NCBI GenBank assembly: GCA_043747615.1
Contig: JAYTOU010000025.1
Location: 1-43,086 of the forward strand
Length of the DNA stretch: 43,086 bases
Direction of reading: 5' to 3'
Source of the DNA: Myxococcales bacterium
GTDB taxonomy: Bacteria; Myxococcota_A; Polyangia; Polyangiales; Polyangiaceae
Below the pieces are notes generated by a model. That model was not told where the DNA came from and searched no databases. It saw only the letters and a list, made by a program, of their open reading frames with translations. How positions within the stretch are numbered: position 1 is the stretch's first letter; the number at the start of each line of letters is the position of its first letter. The translations under genes were made by a program, and so were the position numbers. This document shows positions 8,967 through 24,825 of this stretch, piece after piece.

Positions 8967-10153
8967 TACCGTTCGACGATGAGAGCGATCGCTTCGCCGC
9001 CGCCGATGCAGAGCGTGGCGAGACCGCGCTTCGCGTTGCGATCTTTCATGGCGTAGAGGAGCGTGGTCAGGATGCGCGCGCCGCTCGATCCGATGGGGTG
9101 ACCGAGGGCCACTGCGCCGCCGCGGACGTTGACCTTCTGGGGATCGAGGCCGGCGAGCTTCGCGCAGGCCATGGACACGACGGCGAACGCTTCGTTGATC
9201 TCGAAGAGATCGATCTGATCGGTCTTCATGCCTGTCTTGTCGAGCACGTTGGCGATGGCTTTGGCCGGCGCGGTGGTGAACCACTCCGGCGCTTGGGCCG
9301 CGTTTGCGTAACCGACGATGCGCGCGAGGGGCTCGAGCTTGTGCTCTTTCACGGCCGCTTCGCTGGCGAGAACGAGCGCCGAGGCGCCGTCGTTGATCGG
9401 AGAAGCGTTGGCCGCGGTGATCGTTCCATCTTTTCCGAAGGCCGGCTTGAGCGACGCGAACTTCGACGGATCGCCCTTGGACGGACCTTCGTCGAGCTTC
9501 ACGAGGAGCGCATCTCCCTTTCGCTGGGGAACGCTGACCGGTGTGATCTCGGCATCGAACATTCCTTCCTTCTGGGCCGCGAGCGCGCGACGAAAGCTCT
9601 CCTTCGCGTAGTCGTCCTGGGCTTCGCGCGTGAACTTGTACTCGGCCGCGCATTTGTCGCCGCACGTTCCCATGTGGACGTCGCCGTAGGGATCCCACAA
9701 ACCGTCGAAGATCATTCCGTCGATTAGCTTTCCATCTCCCATCCGGTATCCACTCCGGGCTTTCTCCAGGTAGTAGGGCACGTTCGACATGGACTCCATT
9801 CCGCCGGCGACGACGAAGCCCGCGTCACCGAGGGCCACGGTCTTTGCGCCGAGGACGACGGCTTGAAGTCCTGAGCCGCACACCTTGCTTACGGTGGTGG
9901 CGGGGACGGTGTTGGGGAGGCCGGCGTAGATCATCGCTTGGCGCGCGGGCGCTTGGCCGATCCCCGCCGAGAGGACGTTGCCCATGAACACTTCGTCGAT
10001 CTGACCCGGCTCGAGCTTCGCGCGCTCGATGGCGGCCTTGATCGCGGTGGCTCCGAGGTGGGGGGCTCGCACCGCCGACAAAGAGCCTAAAAATGCGCCG
10101 ATCGGCGTACGAGCGGCGGCGACGACGTAGACGGGGGGGAAGCTGGTAGCCAT
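8966..10153 (-). CDS. Acetyl-CoA C-acetyltransferase (thiolase)
   Basis: ARTPIG, KVCGSG, GGMESMS, NEAF, GHPIGSSG, LCIGGG. TATAAA and AGGAG lie upstream on the minus strand. Confidence 0.96.
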   Translation of the reverse strand: MATSFPPVYVVAAARTPIGAFLGSLSAVRAPHLGATAIKAAIERAKLEPGQIDEVFMGNVLSAGIGQAPARQAMIYAGLPNTVPATTVSKVCGSGLQAVVLGAKTVALGDAGFVVAGGMESMSNVPYYLEKARSGYRMGDGKLIDGMIFDGLWDPYGDVHMGTCGDKCAAEYKFTREAQDDYAKESFRRALAAQKEGMFDAEITPVSVPQRKGDALLVKLDEGPSKGDPSKFASLKPAFGKDGTITAANASPINDGASALVLASEAAVKEHKLEPLARIVGYANAAQAPEWFTTAPAKAIANVLDKTGMKTDQIDLFEINEAFAVVSMACAKLAGLDPQKVNVRGGAVALGHPIGSSGARILTTLLYAMKDRNAKRGLATLCIGGGEAIALIVER

Positions 10154-10228
10154 GATCGAAATCTCCTGGGGTGGCTTTATACCAGCGTTAAGTTGGATCG
10201 CCGGCCCTTACTGCGCTCTTCTCTTCCC

Positions 10229-10543
10229 ATGAAGTTCGTCCTTCTGGCGCTTGTGGTGGCGGTGGTCTCGGGGTGCGGTTCGACAACGTCGCACGCGCCG
10301 GCGGGGCCTTGTCCTTTGCGTACCGAGCCGATGGCAGGATCTGCCTGCGCGATCGAAGGAACGACGTGCGAATACGTCCTCACGCTGGCCTGCCAGACGG
10401 ATGAATACGTTTGCACCGCCGGCAAATGGGCGATGATGAACGACGCGGACACCGCGGTCGGCTGCGTCCGACGGCCGCCCGTTGACGCCGGAGAGCCCGA
10501 TGCAGCCCGCGATGCGGCGATCATCGACGCTGCAACCGAGTAA
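10229..10543 (+). CDS. Small Cys-rich lipoprotein
   Basis: MKFVLLALVVAVVSG-C lipobox; CP...GSAC..EG.TCEY...C...C.AGKW module; DAG/DAA-rich tail. Confidence 0.75.
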   Translation: MKFVLLALVVAVVSGCGSTTSHAPAGPCPLRTEPMAGSACAIEGTTCEYVLTLACQTDEYVCTAGKWAMMNDADTAVGCVRRPPVDAGEPDAARDAAIIDAATE

Positions 10544-10620
10544 CACCTACCCGCACCTCCCCCGGCACCGACGTTGCTCCCGACAGCACGCAGGCTTAGT
10601 CTTGTGGGGTAAGGCAATTA

Positions 10621-12267
10621 ATGGGCAATAACTTCGTGCGGTGCCCTCATTGTGGCCGCCCGCACATCTCGACGCAGCTCGTTTGCCCAGCCACGGGCTT
10701 GTCGCTCGCAAACGCGCGGGAACCCGGGGGATCGTATCCGCCCCTCTCGACGGAATCGTTGATGACTCCGATCGTGCCACGCACCGCATTTCCCGCGCGA
10801 ACCGCGGGACACGAGGCGCCCCCTCCGCCGCCTCCGTCCGCCCAGAAAGCCTCTGCGCATCGTCCGTCGTCCCCGGAGCGCGCGGAGATGAAATCGGTGG
10901 TGGAGCTGCGCGATCTCGCTGGAAAAAAGATCGGCGAAAAATACGTCGTACGCAGCGTCCTCGGTGAGGGCGGAATGGGTACGGTCTACGAGGCCGAGCA
11001 CTTGGGGATCGGACGGCTCGTCGCGGTGAAGGTCCTCCACCCCGCGCAGGCTCGAAAAAAAGTGGCCGTGAAGCGCTTCCATCAAGAGGCACGCGCGGCT
11101 GGCGCCATCGGTCATCCCAACATTTGCGAGGTCTATGATCTCGGTACGCTCGATGACGGCAGCCCCTACCTGGTCATGGAAAAGTTGGTCGGAGAGACCC
11201 TCGCCGATCGCATCGCCAGCGAGGGCGGTCTCCCCTTCGACGAGGTGATCGATTTTCTCACCCAGGTCCTCTCCGGCCTGGTGGCGGCCCACGAGAAGGG
11301 GATCGTCCACCGCGACATCAAGCCCGAGAACATCTTTCTCACCCGACGCGTCGGCTGCCCTCCCGTCGCCAAAATCTTGGATTTCGGCGTATCGAAGATG
11401 ATCGGCCCTGCGCTGTCCGTTCCGCTGAACGAGCACGGCGAAGAGGAAATGGATCTCACGCGTCCGGGCATGGTGATGGGAACGCCGTTCTACATGTCGC
11501 CCGAACAGGCTCGCGGGGATCGCAACCTCGATGCGCGCGTCGATCTCTACGCGTGCGGGATCATGCTCTACGAAGCGCTCACTGGGCGCAGACCGTTCCT
11601 CGCCAACACTTATACCCAGCTCTTGATGCTCATCCTCTCGGCCTCGCCCAAAGCGGTGCGCGAAATTCGCCCCGGCTTGCCCGTGCAGTTCGATCGCGTG
11701 GTCGAGAAGGCGATGGCGCGCAAGCGCGAGGATCGCTACCAGACCGCGGCCGACTTCCAGCTCGATTTGCAAGCGCTGCGCGACCGTCACGCCAAGGCGG
11801 CTGCGATCGTCGCCGCCGTTCCGAAAGAGTCTTCATCGCGTCACGGCTTCACACGGCCGAAGCCCCCCGCGCTCCCAGTGAGGGTCGCCGCGCTGTCCAC
11901 GGGAAGCATTCCCACCTCCCGCCGTCTCCGGGAGATCGTGCCTCTTCCTGGAACGCCGAGCTCCGTGGAGATCCCCGTCGACTACGTGGATGATCGCGAC
12001 ACAGAGAAACAGCGCATCTCCTTCGCGGAGATCGCCGCCGCCCGCGACTCCCGCCCGATGTACGACGACACCGACGGCGCAGAGACCGAAGTGCGCTTCG
12101 ACGCAGTCGATCTCCTGCGAAAAGCGCGGTCGCCGTCGTTCGATGTCTTCGACACCTACGATGGGTCGGACGAGACCACGAAGATCAAGACCGGCGAGAT
12201 CGAAGACGCCACCGAGGTCACCGTCGGAAAATCGGGCGGTCCCGAGCGCCCGCGCCACAAGCGTTAG
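10621..12267 (+). CDS. Cytoplasmic Ser/Thr kinase with N-terminal Cys/His motif
   Basis: [33 protein letters not shown]-terminus CPHCGRPH-x6-CPATG; acidic tail; no TM segment. Confidence 0.93.
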   Translation: MGNNFVRCPHCGRPHISTQLVCPATGLSLANAREPGGSYPPLSTESLMTPIVPRTAFPARTAGHEAPPPPPPSAQKASAHRPSSPERAEMKSVVELRDLAGKKIGEKYVVRSVLGEGGMGTVYEAEHLGIGRLVAVKVLHPAQARKKVAVKRFHQEARAAGAIGHPNICEVYDLGTLDDGSPYLVMEKLVGETLADRIASEGGLPFDEVIDFLTQVLSGLVAAHEKGIVHRDIKPENIFLTRRVGCPPVAKILDFGVSKMIGPALSVPLNEHGEEEMDLTRPGMVMGTPFYMSPEQARGDRNLDARVDLYACGIMLYEALTGRRPFLANTYTQLLMLILSASPKAVREIRPGLPVQFDRVVEKAMARKREDRYQTAADFQLDLQALRDRHAKAAAIVAAVPKESSSRHGFTRPKPPALPVRVAALSTGSIPTSRRLREIVPLPGTPSSVEIPVDYVDDRDTEKQRISFAEIAAARDSRPMYDDTDGAETEVRFDAVDLLRKARSPSFDVFDTYDGSDETTKIKTGEIEDATEVTVGKSGGPERPRHKR

Positions 12268-12284
12268 GGACTTCGCACGGGGCG

Positions 12285-13058
12285 CTACTCGATGAGCGCG
12301 GCGACCGCCCCCGCGGCGATCATCACGAAGCCAATGCCGGCAGTGATGGCTCCGCCGACGAAGCCCCACAGGAGCTTCGAGATCAGCTGCTCCTCGGTCT
12401 TGTTGGTGAGAATCAGCTCACCTTCGGGGCCGGGGAACTGAAAGAGCACGAGCTGACTGGACGGTGTCATCCGGTAACCATCATGCACCGGCGGACCCGC
12501 CTCGCGCCGCGAGGGGCCGAGCGCGAAGACCGGATCGCCGGGGGCGAGGAGCTCTTCTTCGTAACGCATCGACTTGTTGAAACCCAAGAACGTGCTCGTC
12601 GAAACTCCACGCGAGGCGAGAAAACCATGCAGATGCGGCGGCGGATCGTTGAAGGTGCCCGAGCTCGCCACGTTCTGTTTTTCGAGGACGACGTTGGCAG
12701 CCGTGGGGATGACGCGGGCCATCTGACCCGAGCCGTCGTCCACCATGAAGTGCCGAAAATCGGTCTCGTTCACCACAGTAGCCCAGTAGCTGTTTCGGCC
12801 GCTCGAGCGTCGCTCTTGAACCACGATCCGAACCCACACGCCGTAGCGACCGCTGAAGGGCGCTTGGAGTACGCCCTGCTCGGTCGGAACGATGCGCCCC
12901 TTGATCTCCACAGCACCTCCGCCGGGCGCGTTGACGATCGGCGAGGTCGGGGTCTGGATAATCCGCGAACGCCGCTTCATGTTTTTGATGCCGACGATGG
13001 CGACGATCGCGCCAATGAGAAAAATAATCCCACCGAAGACGATAAGAGCAGGCCCCAT
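12285..13058 (-). CDS. GIDE-domain membrane protein
   Basis: N- and C-terminal TM helices flanking TPTSPI...VEIKG...LQAPFSG, F.VDDGSG.ARV, RYEEELL.PGD.VFALG. Confidence 0.78.
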   Translation of the reverse strand: MGPALIVFGGIIFLIGAIVAIVGIKNMKRRSRIIQTPTSPIVNAPGGGAVEIKGRIVPTEQGVLQAPFSGRYGVWVRIVVQERRSSGRNSYWATVVNETDFRHFMVDDGSGQMARVIPTAANVVLEKQNVASSGTFNDPPPHLHGFLASRGVSTSTFLGFNKSMRYEEELLAPGDPVFALGPSRREAGPPVHDGYRMTPSSQLVLFQFPGPEGELILTNKTEEQLISKLLWGFVGGAITAGIGFVMIAAGAVAALIE

Positions 13059-13068
13059 GGCCGCGAGC

Positions 13069-15132
<2,064 letters not shown>

Positions 15133-15154
15133 CTACCTCACGTTGCGCGGATTT

Positions 15155-17188
15155 CTACTTTGCGTTGGCGTCCGGCAGCGCGAAGGTGACCTGAGGCGAG
15201 GCCGCCGTCGCTTCGGTACGGAAAGAGAGCTCCACTTCGCGGCGAACCGGAATGCACACGCGGTGGGTGGCGACGTCGCAGATCACGAGATCGACATCGC
15301 CGACCAGATGCACGCGCTGTGCTCCCGCGGCAGGGACGAGGCTGAAATCAAAGCCTTTTTGCACCTCGCCGCCCTTCGCGCGGATTTCCGCTGGAGCCTG
15401 GGCCACACCGCTCGAGTCGATCCACCGCACGCGAAACGGCGCGTCTTCGTTGACTCCGGTCCCGGTCGGCATTTGCCAGGCGACGTGAACCTTCGAGGCG
15501 CCACTCTTGGGGATCGTCCCTTCGGCGACGCGCACCTGCTCTTCCGGTTTTGCGCGCGGACGCTCTGTGGCTTGGGCGACGGCGACGCCCCGCGAAGGGG
15601 CGGTGAGATCATTGAGGGCAAACGGACGCGAGGCACCTCCGGCAATCGGAAAGCCGATCAGCCGATGATGATTGGTGTCGGCCACGATGATCTCGTCTTC
15701 GCGAAACGCAAGCCCCGCAGGCTCGAAGAGATCCTTGCGGTCGCTGCCGCCGGCGAACGTCTGGGTCTTTCCCGTTCCCGGGTCGATGCGCTTGATCTTC
15801 GAATTGTAGGTGTCCGAGACCCAGATCGATCCCCCGCCAAATGCGATTCCGATCGGGTGCTGCAAGCGAACCTGATCGCCGGTGCCGTCGACGTCTCCGA
15901 AGACGAAGAGATCTTTGCCGACGACGGTGCGGACCATCGCGGTCTTCAGATCGATCGCGCGGATGCTGGAAGTCTCGGAGTCCGCGACGAAGAGGCGCGC
16001 GCCATCGCTCGCCAGACCGCTTGGCTGCGCAAAGCTCGACTCGAGGGCCGCGCCGTCTTTTCGCCGCTCGCGCCCGTCTCCGGCGAAGGCGCGGATCGTC
16101 CCTGCCTTGGGGTCGAAGGCCGCGATCTGGTGAGAGCCGGCGAGCGCCACGTAGATGGTGCTTCCAATGGCGAGCAGGTCCCATGGCGAGCGAAGGGCGG
16201 TCGTCCGGGCAGGAGTGGCCTCGCGAAGTGGGTCTCGTCCGAGATCTCCGGTGCCCGCCACGGTGGTGACGGTTTTCGCGCGACGATCGATGGCGCGAAT
16301 CTCGTGGTTCTCGGTATCGGCTACGTAGACCACGTTCCCCACCTGCGTGAGGCCTTGCGGTTTGCGGAAGCTCGCCTCGCCGTACGATCCGTCGGTCTTC
16401 CCCGCGAGCCCAGTGCCGACGACGTCGGTAACCTTGCCGGAAGGGTCGGTAAAGACCACGCGATGATGCCCCGTGTCGCTGATGCCGAGACCGCCGTCGG
16501 CGAACGCGACCACCTTGCCCGGAAAGGCGAGCGCGCCCGACGTGTCTTTTTCAGCGCGCAAACCGGCCACTTTTTCGCGCCTGATCGACCCGTCCTTCAC
16601 GCTCTCCGCGAGCGCGCTACGCACCACGGTTGCGAGCTCTTCACGATCAGGCTCGCCCCCGTGCGTCCACACGATGCGGCCGTGTGCGTCGATCACGAAG
16701 ACGCTCGGCCAGCTCTGAACGCCCCACGCGTTCCAGACCTTCATCGATCCGTCGACGGCCACCGGATGAGCGATCGAATATTCTTGAACCACCGCGCGGA
16801 GGCGCTCGCGCTCGGACTCGGCGTCGAACTTGGGCGAGTGCACGCCGACGACGACCACTGGCTCTTTTTCGAATTGCTTCTCGATCGCGGCGAGCACCGG
16901 CAGCGTGTGGATGCAGTTGATGCAGCAGCTCGTCCAGAAATCGACGACCACGACGTGCCCTTTGAGCTCGTCGAGGGTGACCGCATGATCGACGTTCAGC
17001 CAGGCGGTCGCTCCACCGAAGCCCCCCGCCGCAGGCCTCTCTGCCGCGGGCGGCAGCTCTCGAAGCGGCCCACTCGGCGCCTCTGCCTTCACCGCCAGCT
17101 GTGCATCGGGCGCCGACGCCGGAATCGCCGTGCCGCCACGATCACACGCAGAAAGAAGCAGAAACGGAACCAGAAGAGCGCGCCTCAT
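15155..17188 (-). CDS. Thioredoxin-like (CCINC) + NHL-repeat lipoprotein (NHLRC2/SOQ1-like)
   Basis: MRRALLVPFLLLSA-C lipobox, DFWTSCCINC, GVHSPKF.E, NHL repeats (FPGKV, SDTGHHR, ADTENH, ADSETSSIR, LQHP, ADTNHHR). Confidence 0.9.
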   Translation of the reverse strand: MRRALLVPFLLLSACDRGGTAIPASAPDAQLAVKAEAPSGPLRELPPAAERPAAGGFGGATAWLNVDHAVTLDELKGHVVVVDFWTSCCINCIHTLPVLAAIEKQFEKEPVVVVGVHSPKFDAESERERLRAVVQEYSIAHPVAVDGSMKVWNAWGVQSWPSVFVIDAHGRIVWTHGGEPDREELATVVRSALAESVKDGSIRREKVAGLRAEKDTSGALAFPGKVVAFADGGLGISDTGHHRVVFTDPSGKVTDVVGTGLAGKTDGSYGEASFRKPQGLTQVGNVVYVADTENHEIRAIDRRAKTVTTVAGTGDLGRDPLREATPARTTALRSPWDLLAIGSTIYVALAGSHQIAAFDPKAGTIRAFAGDGRERRKDGAALESSFAQPSGLASDGARLFVADSETSSIRAIDLKTAMVRTVVGKDLFVFGDVDGTGDQVRLQHPIGIAFGGGSIWVSDTYNSKIKRIDPGTGKTQTFAGGSDRKDLFEPAGLAFREDEIIVADTNHHRLIGFPIAGGASRPFALNDLTAPSRGVAVAQATERPRAKPEEQVRVAEGTIPKSGASKVHVAWQMPTGTGVNEDAPFRVRWIDSSGVAQAPAEIRAKGGEVQKGFDFSLVPAAGAQRVHLVGDVDLVICDVATHRVCIPVRREVELSFRTEATAASPQVTFALPDANAK

Positions 17189-17232
17189 GAGGTCAATACG
17201 TGGCATGCGCCCCGTCAGTTTCGGGGAAAAGA

Positions 17233-18502
17233 TCACGTACCGAACGGGATCCCGACAGACTGGCGGTCGTGGCTGCCGCTGCCTTCGGTGGTGTCGTCGG
17301 CCGCGCCGCCGTCCTCTTCGCGGTCCCCGAAAAACTCGAGGAGCTCGTCGCGGCGCGCCTGGGCATCGGCCCGCCCCATCTCGATGAGCTGGCGACAGAA
17401 CTGGCCGTCGAAGAGGAGGTAGCTCGCAAGATCGGCCTCGTTGCCCACTCCGAAATCGAGGAGCGAGAAGAGGCGTTTCGTGACCAGCGGGTTGCCACGG
17501 TAGAGCCCTTTTCGCACGTGCTCGCTCGCAAGCCGTCCGATGTCTTCGCTTGGGCGGACCGCGAGGCAGTTCACGTAGCGGTAGGAAGGTGCACCCCGCT
17601 TCTGCGCTTCGATGTTGAGCGCGTCGGCGAAGCCCGGACCGAAAGCGTGCGCGCCGTCGGTAAGGACGTTGTTCAGGCGGGTGAGAAGCTCGATGTCCAC
17701 GTCGATGTGATCGAGCAAGAAAGCGTTCAAGATCTTGCCGAGAAGAAACGCTGCCCCGGGCGAGCGAGCGCTCCTCGCCTCGCCTTCGTTGGCAACGACA
17801 CCCTGTACTTCACGTGAGCTTCCGATGGCGAAGATGTGAGTCGCCCCGAGTCGGAGCGCAGGCGCAATGGGCGTGTTCTGGCGCAGCCCGCCGTCGAGAT
17901 AGAGCTCGTCGTCGATGCGAACCGCAGGGAAAAGCAAGGGGATTGCGGCGCTCGCTAGCGCGTGGTGCGGCCCGATGTGATCGGCGCGAAAGACGGTGCG
18001 GGGCGGCGCGGTGTCCGGAATCACCGAGTCGGGTGAGGTCTGCATGAACACGACGGTGCGCCCCGTGGAGACCTCGGTCGTCGACACGCTGAGCGCGCGC
18101 AGCTGACGTCGCCTGAGACACCGCGTCACCGCACGCCAGCTGATTTCGCGGGTCACGAGATCGGCCATGGGACGAACATCGAAGAGACCCGCCCCGTCCG
18201 CGCCGCCTCCAAGCGCCAGGCGCGGAATGCTCACGACCTGGCGCATGCCGAAGCCGAGCATGCGCGTCAGCTCCAGCTCCGTCCACAGCGCGACCAGGCG
18301 CCTCAGGCCGAGCACCGGATCGGCGAGGTGAGCTGCGAGGTAGCACGCGTTGATTGCTCCGACGCTCGTCCCGCACAGAATATCGATGGGAGGTGGAGCT
18401 CCGCGGAGGCGCGTGAGGTCGTCGAAAATGTACCAAAGAACGCCGACCTCGTAGGCGCCTCGCGCGCCGCCGCCCGACAGAATCATCGCCAGCCGCCGAC
18501 TC

Positions 18503-18522
<20 letters not shown>
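17233..18522 (-). CDS. Patatin-like phospholipase
   Basis: LSGGGARGAY, GTSVG nucleophile elbow, ASAAIP, YLDGG. The start overlaps the kinase 3' end by about 20 nt. Confidence 0.92.
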
Positions 18523-23050
<4,528 letters not shown>

Positions 23051-23138
23051 GGCCGCCCCATTCTACCGAAATGCGCTGGAAACGGGCTCTTGCCTCTCGC
23101 GCGCGCGTGCGGATCGTGTTTAATGATTGGTCGCGACG

Positions 23139-24797
23139 ATGACGCCCGCCGAGGAACGCCCAGCAGCCTCCGCGAGAGGAGCGCTCGACAAGCGACCACT
23201 GTCGCACCTTTTTTTGTATGCGCTGGAGCGTCGTCTTTCCGGAACGATGGAGTTCATCGACCCGGCAGGCGCAGTGTTCACTCTGTCGTTCGTCGAAGGG
23301 CAGCCTACGAAATGTAAGATCGCGGCGGCGGAGACGGCTTCGCACAACTTGTCTGAGGCCATCGAGCAGCTCTACGGCCTCCCTGCGGAGACGACCTTTG
23401 CCTACTACGATGGCTACGACGGCCTCGTCGCGGACGACACACCATCCACGCCGCTCGATCCGCTGCCCATGGTGTGGCAGGCGATCGTTCGGGATCCGCC
23501 CTGGCAGCACGTTCACGATTCGCTGCAGAAAATAGGGCCGGCGGCAGTTCGTCTTTTGCCCGATGCCGATCTCGCTCGGTTCGGTTTCGCAAACAACGAG
23601 CGCATCGCTGCGGAGCGCCTCCGAAAAGGCGCGATGAGCGTCTACGATCTGACGAACGAAGAGATCCTGATCCCGGGTCGCACCCAGCTCCTCGTCTACG
23701 CGCTGCTCCTCACGAAGTTCGCGGTGCTCGCCCCGCCGGGCGCAGCGCCCCCTCCTCCGCGATCGATACAGCCGGCGGAAGCCCGCGCCGAAGAAGCGAC
23801 CCCCTCCTCCGTTCCGGAGCCGCCGTCATCGAGCGCCCGCGCCGTCGGGCGGCTTCGCTTGAAAACGACGAAGTCCTACTCGGGCATCAGTACGTTCGAA
23901 GAGCAGCCCGCGAGGCTCTCGGCGAAGGACCCACGTCAGTCGAGTCCGCCGGGGCCCGTTGCGCCGGTGTCCGCTCCGACGCCTGCCGAGCCCAAGGCGC
24001 TTCCCCCGGAGCTGGAAAAAAGGCGCCTGGCAATCGCTGAGCGCGCCTCGACCATCGAGCACGAGGATTATTTCAAGATGCTCGCCGTCCCCCGCGATGC
24101 GACAACCGAGCAGGTGCGCGCGGCGTTCTTCGTGCTCGCGAAAATTTGGCACCCCGATCGACTGCCCGTGGTGCTCACCGATTCGAAAGTCGCCTGCGCG
24201 CAAGTCTTCGCGCGCATGAGCGAGGCGCATCAAGCGCTCACCGATTCCGATCGACGAACGCAGTACATGCGCCTCGTCGCCGAAGGCGGAGCCTCACCCA
24301 ACGAGCAAGACGCGATCGGTCATATCCTCGATGCGGCCACGAATTTTCAGAAGGCCGAAGTCTTCCTCCGAAGGGGAGACGTGGTGCAGGCGGCGGCTCA
24401 TTGCGCGACAGCCCTGAAGCTCGATCCCCTCCAGGCCGACTACCTGGCGCTCTCCGTGTGGCTCGAGGCGATGAAGCCGGCGAACCAGACGCCCGAGGCG
24501 ACGGTAACGCAGGTAGCAACGCTCTCCAAGGCGATCGCCATGAACGAAAAGTGCGAAAGAGCCTTATTTTATAGGGGAATGCTCCACAAGCGCTTGGACA
24601 AGAGCGAAGCTGCGCTCGCTGACTTCCGGCGATCGTCGGAGCTGAATCCGCGAAACGTCGACTCCCAGCGCGAGGTTCGGCTCTACAACATGCGCTCCTC
24701 GAAAGACTCCCCCAAGCCCGGCAAGGCGGAGCCCAACTCCAAGGGCGCAAAGCCGCCGGCCAAGGGCTTCTTCGGCAACCTCTTCAGGAAAAAATAA
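23139..24797 (+). CDS. J-domain protein with N-terminal DUF4388-like region and C-terminal TPR
   Basis: DYFKMLAV...QVRAAFFVLAKIWHPDRL J-domain; N-terminal LFLYALERRLSGTM..F.EGQP; TPR ALFYRGML...FRRSSELNPRN. Confidence 0.85.
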   Translation: MTPAEERPAASARGALDKRPLSHLFLYALERRLSGTMEFIDPAGAVFTLSFVEGQPTKCKIAAAETASHNLSEAIEQLYGLPAETTFAYYDGYDGLVADDTPSTPLDPLPMVWQAIVRDPPWQHVHDSLQKIGPAAVRLLPDADLARFGFANNERIAAERLRKGAMSVYDLTNEEILIPGRTQLLVYALLLTKFAVLAPPGAAPPPPRSIQPAEARAEEATPSSVPEPPSSSARAVGRLRLKTTKSYSGISTFEEQPARLSAKDPRQSSPPGPVAPVSAPTPAEPKALPPELEKRRLAIAERASTIEHEDYFKMLAVPRDATTEQVRAAFFVLAKIWHPDRLPVVLTDSKVACAQVFARMSEAHQALTDSDRRTQYMRLVAEGGASPNEQDAIGHILDAATNFQKAEVFLRRGDVVQAAAHCATALKLDPLQADYLALSVWLEAMKPANQTPEATVTQVATLSKAIAMNEKCERALFYRGMLHKRLDKSEAALADFRRSSELNPRNVDSQREVRLYNMRSSKDSPKPGKAEPNSKGAKPPAKGFFGNLFRKK

Positions 24798-24825
24798 AAG
24801 ACCGCTCCCGGAAGAAGCGAGCCGG

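Noticed and set aside
8133..9698. 521-aa ORF as a thiolase-MBL fusion; similar long N-terminal extensions on the PhyH, LivH, encapsulin, PEGA and TlpA ORFs
   Set aside because: The extensions are off-frame readings of the upstream genes; coupled or -10-adjacent starts explain the real genes.
981..11512. GAGCCTGTTCGGG (981-993) and its inverse CCCGAACAGGCTC (about 11500-11512) as transposon ends
   Set aside because: The second copy is the kinase SPEQA codons, and the enclosed genes are core genes.
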